DNA from: Marsupella aquatica
Lineage: Eukaryota > Plantae > Marchantiophyta
Length of the DNA: 64,000 nucleotides
Assembly: GCA_973895155.1 (NCBI GenBank)
Contig: OZ316897.1
Location: 7,616,470-7,680,469, forward strand
Direction: 5' to 3'
Each line of letters starts with the position of its first letter. Positions within the stretch are counted from its first letter, which is position 1. The notes under the pieces are model-generated. The model worked only from the letters and a program-made list of their open reading frames with translations, did no database searches and had not been told where the DNA came from. The position numbers were made by a program, and so were the translations under genes. Shown one piece after another: positions 24,708-37,700 of the stretch.

Positions 24708-24866
24708 ATGACATTGTTGTGCAATTTTGTTCTAAGGTTTACCAAGGTGCTCTGTTTGTGGTTAGGGTTGCCCATACAAAATTCCTACAATTTACTAATG
24801 CAATTTATTTCTATGATTTGGTGAAAACATTATAGATTACTTCTTCAGATCAATAAGGTTTTGGTT

Positions 24867-25211
24867 TGTTAGGATTTACTCTTAGGTCTAGAGTTACGAC
24901 TGTACCGTAGTTAAGGTTAACCTTAGTCGCAGACTTGGTTAGGTTAGTCATGTTGTGCACACTCTATAACCAAGCGGTGTTTGCTTGGAGAGGGTGAACT
25001 CAGGCTCATTGTTACGGAGCTAGTTGAGAGATAGAGAGAGCTTACGCTGTGGATGCTTGGTATGGCCGGTCGGCCTAGAGTGCAGTAAAGCTCATGTGTG
25101 TTCCCGTGGATGTAGCCTCATGTGGAGGTGAACCACGTGTCTCTCTATGTCGACTCTTGTGCATTGGATGGTTCATGGGCTTGCCGTTGCGATTGTTGTC
25201 TATGCTCAACA
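24867..25211 (+). mobile_element. Copia-type solo LTR
   Basis: TGTTAGG...CTCAACA; perfect TSD TGGTT (24862-24866 / 25212-25216); homologous in inverse orientation to 58100-58442. Confidence 0.9.
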
Positions 25212-28102
25212 TGGTTGTGTCGCTTGAGTCTTGTCGATTTTAGGGGCAATCATTGTTTTGTTGTGGATTTGGTATTTTCACAATACAAGCAGAGGCAATG
25301 GCAATGCTGATTTCTTGTGGGCTTAGGCTTTTGATTATTGTTTAGTGATTGGTGATGACATTCATGATGTTTGAGACCCGGTTTGATAGGCTCTTGCAAT
25401 ATGTTTCATGAACGGGATTTATCGCTGTGTGTTACACAACGCTGGGAAAATGGGTTATCTAAAGCACCAACAACAATTGCACCTAGCCAAGTTGTATCAC
25501 GTTCCTCGTGCTGTCGGATGCAAACTTCCTTTTGCTCCGCATATTTGGACAATTGCACCAAGAAACTGTCAGAAACATCGTGAATAGACAATGGGTAGCT
25601 TGCGTGAAGTAAACCTAATGGAAACCATGGTATGATAAATATTCAAACTAGAATACATTTACCAGAACTTAAAGCCCAGATGGACTGGCAGGTTGTCCAT
25701 GAAACCCCCATAGATAAATGAAACTTGGATGGACTGGGCTAAAACATATACATATGCATGGATACTAGTGTTTACTTTTCTGTCCATACAAAACAGTGTC
25801 AATGACCAAAGCATCACTTCTGTCCAAAGAATTTCCCTGTCACTAACTCTGTCCTCACTCATGTCTTAAAGATATTTTGTCATAGGCCAGAGCACTTTAA
25901 TTCAAGGCTTTGCTCCATTCCCCGAATAGAGTTCAATAAAAATATAAAGTATATTTAGGTCCTTATATAAATACATGATTTGACCTCTATGGTTTATGAA
26001 ACTTTGAGTATGAGTGCTTCACATTTTACTCATAGTGCCTCAAGTAATTTGCTCAATGATAAAATACCAAATGAACTTAATTTACTCAAAAATATATTTT
26101 AATGTTTATAAGCCCCGTTAAAAGGGAAGCCAGTAACACAGTGACTCATTAACCAAAGCAACAATTCTCACCAAGCAGGCTATGGGGAAAATCTAATGCC
26201 CAGATAATATCAATTTTTACAATGGATTCATATTTTTCTACACATTTTTAAAACATTCTAGGGCATTGACACTTTGTGGAATGACTATACTACTTTCAGA
26301 AATATTTTTACATAATCTTGTATTTCTATAACATTGCTCTTGTTACCGGGATTGAAGAAAGTTTTTCATTGTGGAGGTAAAGGAAATTTTAATTTGCATA
26401 AGCAGTTGCTGAATACTATTTTTGACAGACCATTGTTCTTGTTGTAAATAATGTTTTGACTAATTTATTGCTATAGTGCTACTTGAGATTTTTTTGGGGG
26501 AGTATTGTTAATGAATCCTATTTTTTAGAGAGCGTGGCTCTTGTTACAAGGAACGCTTTGAGTACTTTGCCGCGGCGGAGATGCAAAAGATTTTAAATGT
26601 GTGTTTTCATTCCATTACATTGACATTCTCAATTTGACTTTGAGGTGAGCACATAATGTTCTTAGAGGAACAGAAATGTAGGTAAACAATTAATGAGAGA
26701 GTTTATCATCTATTTACAGTTGAACTGAGCATAATTAGATGTAAAATGGTCTGTCCTATGTCACAGTCCATGAGGATAGATGGGGACAATGTACCAGTCC
26801 ATCCTGGATTTTGTTTCACATTTACCATGTTATTTTCATTTAAGTTATATCAAACTTTGGGAGCGAGAGCCACTATTTTGCGATGCATGGGTAAGCACAC
26901 TTGACCATAAATTTCACTGTAGTTATTGTTTGTTACAGTACGAAACAACAACATGTTATAGAAATTGCTACAAGAACTTGTGGGCACGAAAGTGTCACAT
27001 GGGTCCTAGTTGGTAACAATATTTTAGTAGGGTCCCATCACAAAAACAAGATTTGTCACGGGGTCCCATCAAGCATACCAAGGGACAATTTAAATTAGTT
27101 TTGGGGACACGTGAGTAAGGGACCGTTTTTGGCAATTACATCAGTGAACAAGTTAGCCACCCAATCCTGACACACTGACTGAGATACTCAGATACCGAAA
27201 AATATGTAAGTGTACAATACTACTCGGTATGGTGTCGCACAAATCAATTCACACGTTCCGTCTCTTCGGCGTGTACGTACACTCGTACCCGTACCTGACG
27301 ACGGTATGTCGCCGTTCCCCTTGCCCTCTCCAGTCACCGTCCCTTATTAACTATTATTTTTACCGTTTGACAGACTTACAGTATGCTACCCGGTCCTGTG
27401 GAGAAGTCTAAGTATCACGAGGAAGCGAGGAAGCGAGGAAGGAGGACGGATGCACGCGAGGGAGGGAGGAAGGGAGGGAGCAGATCCATGTTTTCGACTG
27501 ATTGGAGGAGCCGGCGGTCAGGGGAGCAAAGGTTGTCACGACGGAGGCATGATGATGACCAAGAGTGGCAGTGCAGGGGAGATGTGGAGGTGGAGGTAGC
27601 TTTCGTGATGCGCCAGCTACAAAAATAGCTATGTTGCTTCTATTATTGTATGAATGAGCGCAATTGACATCGCTCCTACCGAGGAAAACGAGGAGGAGGA
27701 GCAGAGCGTTGTAGTGGCAGGATAAAAGAAAAATAAGTGTGTCTGTTGGAGGAGATCGCTGGCTTCTTTCATCAGGGCCGAATCTGTGGTGCAAGAGGTG
27801 GTGGAAGAAGGGAGTGGAGAAGGCAAGGAGTCGCGAGAGAAGGTGCCTGTGGAGGAAACAGCAGCAGGGGAGGTAGCTCTGTGGTTCCAGCAAGTATGCG
27901 AGTTGGGAGTTGTCCAAGGAGGAAGCCAATCTTCTGGCAATCAGGGGAGTTTGTGAGTTGTGGCGTCGGTGCTAAGCCGCCCTAATTGTACTTGGCCAGA
28001 TCCGAAAAATTCTGGGGACTGATTTTAGCCATCGGTGACGATCCTGGGAAGACTTGTAGACACTGGAGGTGTAGGAGAGGATATAGTAGTAGAGGTGACA
28101 AA

Positions 28103-31100
28103 ATGTGGCGACTTAAGCAGCTTATTCCCAAGGAGCAAGGCGGTGGTTTAGAAGGGAAGACGGTGGAGGTGGGATCTCTGAAGTTGCAAGTGAGGAGTAC
28201 AATTGCACAGGGAGGGTTCTCGTGTGTGTATCTAGCGAGGGATGCGGCAACAGGGCGGCAGTATGCCGTGAAGCACATCATCTGCAACGATTTGGAGTCT
28301 GTAGATCTAGTGAAATCGGAGGTGGCAGTGATGAAAGCGTTAAAAGGGCATCCGAATATTGTGACATTGCATGCTCAGGTTGTGTACGACATGGGAAGGA
28401 CCAAAGAATGCTTCTTAGTCATGGATTACTGTGACAAGATGCTGGCCAATGTATTGGAGAACAGAGGAGCTGGCTATTTTGACGAGAAACAGATCCTGCT
28501 GATGTTTCGTGATATTTGCAATGCTGTTTACGCCATGCATTGTCAGTCCCCTCCAATTGCACACAGGTTTGAAAGGCTTCCGTTTCCGTCGATTGTATCA
28601 ATTGCATCGCTGGCGCATGAAGCTCTAGGTTCCTCGTTACCTTGACCCTGTCAGAACTGTCATTGGGGCCACCTGTCAACACTTTCCGATCGTGCAGTGA
28701 CGTTGAAGCATGTCTGTTTGATCTGCCCCTGATTGGTTGAACTCGCTTGGGGTTTTGAAGTACATGGACAATGCAAAGTTCTGAAAATAGCAATATTAGT
28801 CAAATTGCGAGGACTGAAATGTGATTCTTCGTCACTTGACCTATGACTCATTTGTTACTTGCTCTTCTCCACACGGTTTGTAGAGATCTGAAAGCAGAAA
28901 ATGTGCTCATGGGTGGAGACGGCTTGTGGAAACTCTGTGACTTTGGAAGCACGTCTACTAATCACAAGCGGTTTGAAAAGGCTGATGAAATGGGTCTTGA
29001 AGAAGATATTATCAGAAAACACACTACTCCCGCTTATCGTGCGCCAGAGGTGACTATCTTCGAATCCAAGTACTCACGGCACTTCTAGTCGTTGATAAAC
29101 GTTTTTGTTTTCTACCAATTTGATTGCCTTACTGTTCGTAGGTTATTTTCTGAACTTCAGGTGTGTCTCCAGTCGCAACTTGCCCATGAGCACGTCGTAG
29201 ATCAATTGGATTTGTTCTCGTATCTAGCCTCTAGGCCAAGCCTGACAAATGACTATTAACCCTCATATACATATGAGACAGGAACTTCATAGGAATAAGA
29301 AGAGTCGCTTCGATTTGTGGCAAACTTAAGCGCATGTGGTGTATTTACTGCTAATGCATGCTTGGATTATGCTTCTGAAGATGTGGGATCTTTATCAAAG
29401 GGAGCTCATCAGTGAAAAAGTTGACATATGGGTAAGCAGACACAATGTGACTGCTTTCAAATCTTGTTTTAGTCTCGGGATGGCTTCGTCCATGCGTGGC
29501 ATTTGCAAATCTACTTGAACTTGAATCTGAATATCTTGTTTGTTTATTCAAACTTTGAGCTTTGTCTTGTCCCATGGAATTCTGCAGGCCTTTGGATGTC
29601 TACTATTCAGAATTGCATACTTGAAATCTGCATTTGATGGCGAATCGAAGCTACAGATACTTAATGGGAACTACCGCATTCCAGAGGCTCCAAGATATTC
29701 AAGTGCTGTGACGGACTTGATTAAGGATATGCTCTCCGCGAGTCCAGACAAGAGACCAGATGTCATGCAGGCAAGAGCATTGCTCGATCGGCTCTTTCAT
29801 CTGCCTGATCTAGGTTAGTTCAATAGCAGTCAGCTACATGTTTCTGATAAGTTGCATAGTTATGACCGTGCACTACGAGTGGATCTAACCTCATTGCAGA
29901 CTGTCTTGGGGTCAATTGACTGCGCTGTGCAAATAAGTAATTCATGAAGCATTGCAGGTCTGGCGCCGCATTAATGAAGCTCTCCCTTCTGATGTTCGGA
30001 AGCATCTCCCGGACAAGCCACCTTTAACACCGTCAGGGCGTCCACATACTGAAACACGTATTTACCATTTCATATTTTTTCGTTATCTGGTTTCATTTTC
30101 TTTAAGAAATGGCTCAGTCGTAGGATTAGTCGTATTGTGGATCGGTCGGCGTTGGATGGATAATTTGGGGAGGAGACCAGTTTCCTTATCATACTTCTTT
30201 TTATGGGTTGCTGTAAATATGTAACGCGCGCTTCAATGTGCAGGTTCTCATGGACATAGCAAAGGAGCAGCTGTTCCATCAAGATCACCTCCTCTGCCTC
30301 CCATGCCAAAAGATAGTGAGCGTAAGGTAACTCAAAATGGGACTGCTGGGACTTCGGCTGGTGCATTTTGGGCAACCTCTTATGCACAAGATGCAAAGAA
30401 AGATACAAGTGGGGCCCAAGGAGTTGACAGCCCTAGAGTGAGGGCCAGTAGTCCAGGGTCTCGGTCACGGCGAGAGGATCCCAGTCATGAAAAGGGCCCT
30501 TCTGCGGGCCATTTCCAAAAGAAAAAAAGTACTACTGTTTCAAATTTGATTAAAAAGGTTCAGGGTGCAGGAGTTTGGGGTCGTGAAGAATATGATCACA
30601 ATGGTTATGAGATGAGGTACGACTCAGAAGATCAAAAGCAAGCAGATGGAGATGATGTGAAAGGTCCTGCCGCTGTTTCTCCATCCCCAGTCTCCAAGAC
30701 TAAACCTGGACCATCAAATGACCCAGCTTTTAACGAATTTGTAGCCCATTTTGACACAGAAACTCCAGCAACAAGGACAACAAATCATGAACTTCAAGTT
30801 CAGCTTGACAGAGTCAATAAGGAATTGCACCAGGCACTAGCTGAAAAGGCTGCAGTTTCATCAAAATATGAAAAGTTGACAGCATTCTGCCAATCGCAAC
30901 AGCGAGAAATTCAGGGTCTGAAAACCGCCCTTAATTCTTCAAGCAGCCCTAGACCATCCACAAAGGGGGGACAATCTCCAAGCACAATCTCCTCACCACA
31001 GGGTCAATCTCAGCGGCAGCCCCCTCAAGGGTGGCAGGCTTTCGATCAGGTGTGTTACTCGTAAGCCAATGCTTAGGAATTCGTCTTGATTTTATGTACT

Positions 31101-34100
31101 TAGTAGCTTTCGTTTTTGCTTCTACCGTAAACTAGTTCCTTAGATTCTTAGTCAGACAGTTTCTCAGTATTTCCTAATTACCTGGTAAATTGTCGTTCAT
31201 CACGATACTCGAAGCTTTATAGGGACGAGCTCCCAACAGAGCTTTATTGCCATTGAGCAATCCCCGAAGTGGTCAGGTTCTGGGATTTCCCCTTGCTTAT
31301 ATCCGCTATGCAGCTGGTGGTTATCTTAAAGAAATATTTCATCATAGAGAGTGCGCCTACCTAATTGATTTATATTTTTTCTGCTTTAATTGTTTGTTAA
31401 AGAATTCTTAATGGATTGCTAGTTTGGTCTGTCTTTTCCAGTCGATTGTTTCTATTGCTTATATACCCACTATGCTGCTGGTGGTTATCTGAAAGAAATA
31501 TTTCCTCATAGAGTGACCTGATTGATATTTTAAATTTCTGCTGTTAGTTTCTTCAATACAATTCTTAATGGATTGTTAGTACACTCTGTCTTTTCTAGTC
31601 GATTCTTTCCCCCAGTTCTTCAAAGCATTGTTTCAGCTTGGCTCCACTTCAGAAGATTTTTCACCTGTCCCTACGTCTCAGTCAATAAGTTACCAAACCT
31701 ACAGAGGTACAGTTAGGTGCCTTCTGCTGTCTGCTGGCTTCCATTAGTAGAGCTTGCAGCAGCCGCATCCGTCATACAGCTGGCAGCCTAAATTTTGATC
31801 TTTACTGATACGGTCATGCATGTTCCAAAACATGCCAAGTAATGGTGGCAGACCTCCACAAAGTAAGATAGTACCCCCAGGTTCAATTCCCAGCTTTTGG
31901 AAGAAATGTACTGTCAGCTTGCTGTATGTTCGTCCGAGGACACTTGGTTGAATTTGCTAGGTCTACAAATTGAGGTGCCTGTAAGATCCCTTGATGCAAT
32001 AGACGTCCCACGTACTTTCATATCTTAAGATTTAGTTATGTTACAATGTATGAAATTTAATTTTTAGTCAGTTTGTTCCAATAATTTGGTATTCTGGTCA
32101 CGGTTGAGCACCTGGACTATTCTGTTGGCCCTTGGTTGAATACCTGGAGTACATGGTTCCGATTGTGCTATTAGAAATTCACAGTCCTTGAAATTTAGTC
32201 TTGCGTTATTTGTATCTTGTCCATCTACTTGGATGCATCCTTTCAGCTCCAACTCTGTTTGTCATATCTGTCCCTTGTTCATCAACTTGGTATCTGGACT
32301 GTCAAGCGAATACGGCTAGACGAGTTGGAACTAAAGTTATGCATCCAAGTTGATGGATAAGGTCTAGATATGACTTGATACCATTTCTGATACTTCTATC
32401 AGGTATGTAGCCAAGGGCCGACAATATAATACCTAGTTGTTGGAAGAGATTCACTGATGAAGAAATTGGATCCCTTGGAACAGAGATCGTTTCCGATTGA
32501 GGCATCATTTCAGAGATGCTCTCCACATGCCAAGTTGATGGACGAGGTACAGATATGGCTAGAAGAATGCTACTGAAAAGGGATGATTTGGCTTACTATG
32601 TAATGTCCCTTTACACTGTCTTCCATGTAGCAGCACCTGAGGGGAAGCCAAGTTCATTCACAAAATGGGAAAACACTAGAAAAGCTGGGATTTATTGTGT
32701 AGATGCCCTTTATTAAAGATATTTATTCTTGAAAGCAGTTGGCTACACCGGTTTTGCCTAGTCTGCCCCGCACATGAACACTTGTTGAACTGGTGGAAAG
32801 CAAAGAATCCATTGCACTATCAACCTTGCCCTTGTCACGAAACCAGTGATAGAATAGTTTACTAGGGTCTGACGCTGTAGAAAGCTTTCGCTTGCGAATT
32901 CTGGAGGCTTAGTATCGAGAGCTTTGCGTCTATGCCGATAGCATCAACATTGAAATTCCTCTCCCACGTCGTTTTGGGATTTCCTCGATCCCTTGCGCAG
33001 TTGCACAGCGAGTGATATACCAGACTCTTTGTCTTTGAATGAAAGATTAGCGTTTGGATCATCGAGGCAATATATTACAGGTTGACTTTTGTCATCCTAT
33101 TTTGCCATAAATGAGCTCAGTGACGACACTGAGGCCAGTGAGACATGGATGAATGAATGATTGAGAAGATGAGGACAAACAGTGCTAAGCTCTGTTGACC
33201 AAGAAAGCCGAGTTTTTAATTCGATGATGGAATTTGGTGGCGAGCTGTGTCCTGATCGGGAGGAAGGATTGTGGAAGAGAAAATGACATTCATTGTCTAT
33301 TTTTGTTAATCGTGGCTCAATCTCTTAAGTGGGTCTTTCTGAGATTTGCTTGTTCCTATGCTATGACTACATGACCGTAATTCTAGTCTAGCAAGAGCTA
33401 GTTTATGTTCGAAGTAAAACCTATGTGAATGTAACGTTGGTTTTAAGGAGATATGACGATCTAAACTTCGCCTGCGATGTTATCCTGACATCCATCTCTA
33501 ATGGGTCACCTGGTAATGGGTTTTGATAACTTGCTTCGGGACCCAAGGTCTAAGTTTCTCCTGTAGCGCTTGAGTAGATTGTCAATGGAGTATCACCACG
33601 TATGCAGCTATTGTTGGCTGTTGTCATACCAGTTTTTGTCATGGAATCATGATACTTTGAGAGCTATGTGACGTAAAGTGGATGGCGGCAAGAGCTTTTC
33701 TGCGACATAGAAAGAGAACTACTGATGCTTGAGACCTCCAGTGGGATTTTGGTACTTGTTGCCAATAAAATGCAAGGACTAATGGGTCGTGTCTGGACTT
33801 TATCTTTTTGATTGCCTCAATCAGAACCACATGACCCTATATGTCCGTGCCACACCGCATGTGGAATAGTATCAGCTGATGGTCTACACAGTCCAAGCTT
33901 TGATAGCCTTGCAACTTGGAGTCCGTCATTACTTGGAGTCCGTCCGTAGTTTCTCCTAGCTGTGCAATTCCTTCCAGATGGAAACCTCAAAGTCCTAGTT
34001 GCCCGTCGTCTTAGACATTTTCTATTCGGCTTCAGCTCTATCGGAAGGAGGGGTCTTGATTTGCTGTAGTATCTGCAATCGAAAACTATAGTCTTGGTCT

Positions 34101-34718
34101 TCCCTAGCTTCAGTTTCGTCCGATTTGTCTCACAGAAAGTATCGAGAGCTCCCTGATCTCAGAAGTCTGGATTGGTGTGACTTACATACAGGCACAAGAA
34201 TATAAAATGCTTAGCAGTCTTTAACCTCAATAGTCGGGTTGGTCTTTCCTAGGCATCCCAAAGCGTTGTGTACCGGATTCAAGCCTTACATCTTTGCGCA
34301 GCATTACCACACGAGGAGATCTAATCTTCAATGTGACTCTCTTGAACAGCCGAAGGAGAAGCAGACTGGATCGATTTGGGACCTACAAGAGGGACTGTCC
34401 CCGGGAAGCACCTCACAAAGGATAACAGTTCAGGAGACAAATACGTGGCAACCGTTTCCAGATTCAGCTAGACCACTGGGCCCTGTACCAGACGGACGGC
34501 GCCGCTCAATGCAGCACACGAGGTCATCTAGCATGGGAGGGGAGAACTGGACCTTCTCTCAAGATGTATTCGCATCAAGTGGTGGTGCACCCCAGATCTC
34601 AACAGGCTTTGGTAATCTGAGCTCTTTCACGGGGTCTTCCTCCACCAGCACAACCTCGGGAGCTGACAGCCGAGGAACACGTGCAGCATTAAAACCTGCA
34701 GGGTGGGCAGGATTCTAA
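28103..34718 (+). CDS. AAK1: NAK-family Ser/Thr kinase (AAK1/BIKE-like, AP2-associated kinase)
   Basis: Exons 28103-28566, 28884-29049, 29381-29431, 29588-29770, 29958-30057, 30244-31049 and 34350-34718 join in frame. Motifs IAQGGFSCVY, HPNIV, PPIAHRDLKAEN, KLCDFGS, HTTPAYRAPE, EKVDIWAFGC; coiled coil; WxxF motifs; ends PAGWAGF. Confidence 0.92.
31293..31607 (+). repeat. Diverged tandem duplication (~160 bp x2) in kinase intron 6
   Basis: TTGCTTATA...CTATGC.GCTGGTGGTTATCT.AAAGAAATATTTC...AATTCTTAATGGATTG...AGTCGATT at ~31293 and ~31456. Confidence 0.85.
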
Positions 34719-37700
34719 ATTTGAGGAAATTGTGAGTCATTCGTCAGAAATTCGCGAAGTAATTGAAAGGGAAAGTCCAAGAGTGTTCCTTCAGAATTAT
34801 AACATCCAAAGTTTCTCGTGAGAGACTGCATTCATGAAGGACCTGCCTATTTATCAGGTCCTTTTATTGAGAAGTCTGGATATTGTGATTATGTTGCAGG
34901 CTGTTTAGTGGAAATGGATCTAAGTCCATCTTGTAAGCGAAGTGAGGAAATGCAGCTTCTGAACATGGTTCAGGGTTTAGGGCTGAAAGTCCACCGACCG
35001 GGTCCCTCGTTTGAAATTGATGTTTTTTAAAATTCTTTTGCCTATCTGAAGAGGTTTCTACTAGTATCCCCAATCCTTTCATACAAACACTGTTCAGATG
35101 CGATTGGTGCTAGTCAACAAGATAGAGAAATATACTTCTAAAATCCAAGTACTACGATATGACTTGGCAGAGATGGGATGTCGAAAATAGAATTGTAATT
35201 GGCAATATCCCAATACACTGTCCAATCAGGAGTCCCTGGTTTTAACGGATCGAATTTTTATCTGAACCCTCTGAGCTTTGTTCCATTTATGATTTTAGCA
35301 ACTTCACGTCAATGGGAGAACAATTTCATGCCTGTATGGAGGTTAAAGTTGGCTTCATCGACAGTACTTTGTATGCCTGCAAAATGTAAGCCAAGTTGCT
35401 CATAATGTCGCCTAACACATCCAGACGTGTGGGATGACTGGATCATGTTTAAGGTTTGGTTTTTCACAATTGGGTGAGTTGAGCCCCCTTCTCATGTGTC
35501 ACTGGAAGTTTTGAGCTGAAGCAGGTTAACTGGCAAAAGTCAAATTGGGTTACATGATACCCTCCTAAGAGTTAACCCGCTGGTCTGGCCTGGCGTGTCG
35601 TTTGGAGTTTGGTAAGTGATCCTCATCACATTCTAAACCACAATGAAGTGGGTTACCTGGGAAAGCTCGAGCTTCTGAACAGTCCTTCACTCGGACACTT
35701 TGGAGTTTGTTTCGTGATCCTCATGACAATCTAGTGGGTGAAAAGGAGGCAACACATTGGCCCCAGGGCCAAGCCAGGTCTTTAGAGGCAGAAAGAAGCT
35801 CAGCGTGAAAGAAATGCCACAACAGCTCGGCCAGAGGACCAAGAGATTCCAGGAGGAACGCAGAAATTGCACAACGGTAGTTGCTAACTCATAAATGATG
35901 CTGATTTGACACACGATCACCTGTGATGAGCAAGGCTCGAAATCAACTCAGATTCAACAATTTTCTGTATGATGGATACAACAATTGTATCGTATACAGC
36001 AAGAGGCTGGCAAGATATGATGAAACATGTCACCTGAGAAAAATAAACAAGAACGACCTGTTGGAGTGAGATACACACTTAAAGACTCGTTAAAAGACTG
36101 ACAAATTACAAATCCGAAGTATCAAGGTAAACGTTCTACTTATGGTGTTTACAAAATAAGCATGTAGTACTGGATGACCTTTTTGCGGGCAAGCAAGTCG
36201 GAAGTTGGCCGAGGAGAACCAAAGAAATAAATTAAAATTAGGGGAGAAAAAGCCAAATTGCACTCAAGAGTCCTATTACTAGTCCACGCGAAACATGCCA
36301 TTATAAAAGGTCGGCTCACGCCACCTTCACTCATATTTTCAAGGCTGGCATGACTCAGGGGAGAGAAAAGGAGTATAGCCTTTCCGTACCATAAAGGGCA
36401 TATAGGTTTTCTAAGCCATAAAGAATGACTACATATTCTAGTACAATTAGAAAACAAATTTGTGCTCGTGCAATCAGATTTGTGGACGATTATGCACATA
36501 GAAACCGGGCCTAGAAAGTAGTCAAATGATTGCATATTCTCAACAGGAGGAACCTGAAAGAAAAATTCCCAAGAGGATCCTCGTTGCATAAATCGATGAT
36601 CATTGAACCCCTCTCCCCACCCCTTTCCTGGCCTTCCCTGGCTGTGGGTTGCCCCTCTGTCTGTTTGGAAAGTCTTAGTGTTTTAGCATAGCGGCAACAA
36701 CAACAAACTGATGGTACTCAAGAGCGGGTTTCCCCCTAATTCTGAAAAGTGACATTACACTCGTTTTCTCAACAAAAAGGGGAAAACCCTAGCAAACACC
36801 CAGGCCACCCAACCGGCCCAAGAGCCAATGAAGGTAAACTTGTCTCTAGCTTTGCAAGACAAATAGGATAGCTTGAATTTAGGCCATCTTTACATAATAA
36901 CAAGAGCAGCACTTCGGTCATTTTGTCCAAACCCAAGGGAGTTTTCCCTGAACCATAGAATTGCTCCTCAGTCTGGGATTCCATGGGTCCCAACTCTAGG
37001 TTTTCCATGTAAAGAGCTTTCTGCTGCAAGATTGGACCACTTGGAGAGGAAGTATGAAGTAGCTATTCCATGTCAAGAGTTTTATTTTGCAAGATTGGAC
37101 CACCTCTAGAGGAAGTCTGAAAGTTTCACTTCTAGGTCTGAAAGTTATGATTTGCCTTGCAATGGGCCCCATGATGTTTTGCGTTGGACAGAAGGGTGGT
37201 TAATTTCTGAGAGTGCTGGTGAGAGTTTTATGTAGCTGTACTTCCCCTCTGTGTGGCACACTTCATTTAAGCTACCACTCTCCATGAAACAAAGCCTGGT
37301 AGATCCAGGCTATCAAAATTAGGCAATGATGTTTTTAAGAAAGTTCAAAAATGCACATTGTGGTCATTAATTAATAACTGCATCATGCTCAAGTTTGATT
37401 CTGGACAAGTTCTCCAGTGGGAAACTCAATTGTTGTTGACCATTGGGTCCCTCAATTCAATATTGCCCTGACATTGAGTATTGCCCATCATGCACAGAAT
37501 GTGAAGCAGTGAGCCTCTATGTATTCACACTTCAAAATGCCACTTATCGGCGTGGACCAACTGAGTGCAGAGTTTATATAGCATGTTCATCCTGGAACAT
37601 GTTTCTTTTTTTGTCTTGTAGTGATATGTAATTTAAGTAGGTACATGTAAAGTATATGCACATAAAATCACATTATGACCAAGAAAATACAAAGGTACTA

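Noticed and set aside
27229-28100. ORFs upstream of the kinase
   Set aside because: GA-rich 5' UTR/promoter sequence giving overlapping low-complexity ORFs with no domain signal.
33140-33260. Intronic C/D-box snoRNA
   Set aside because: The box-like words are imperfect and too close together, with no recognisable rRNA antisense element.
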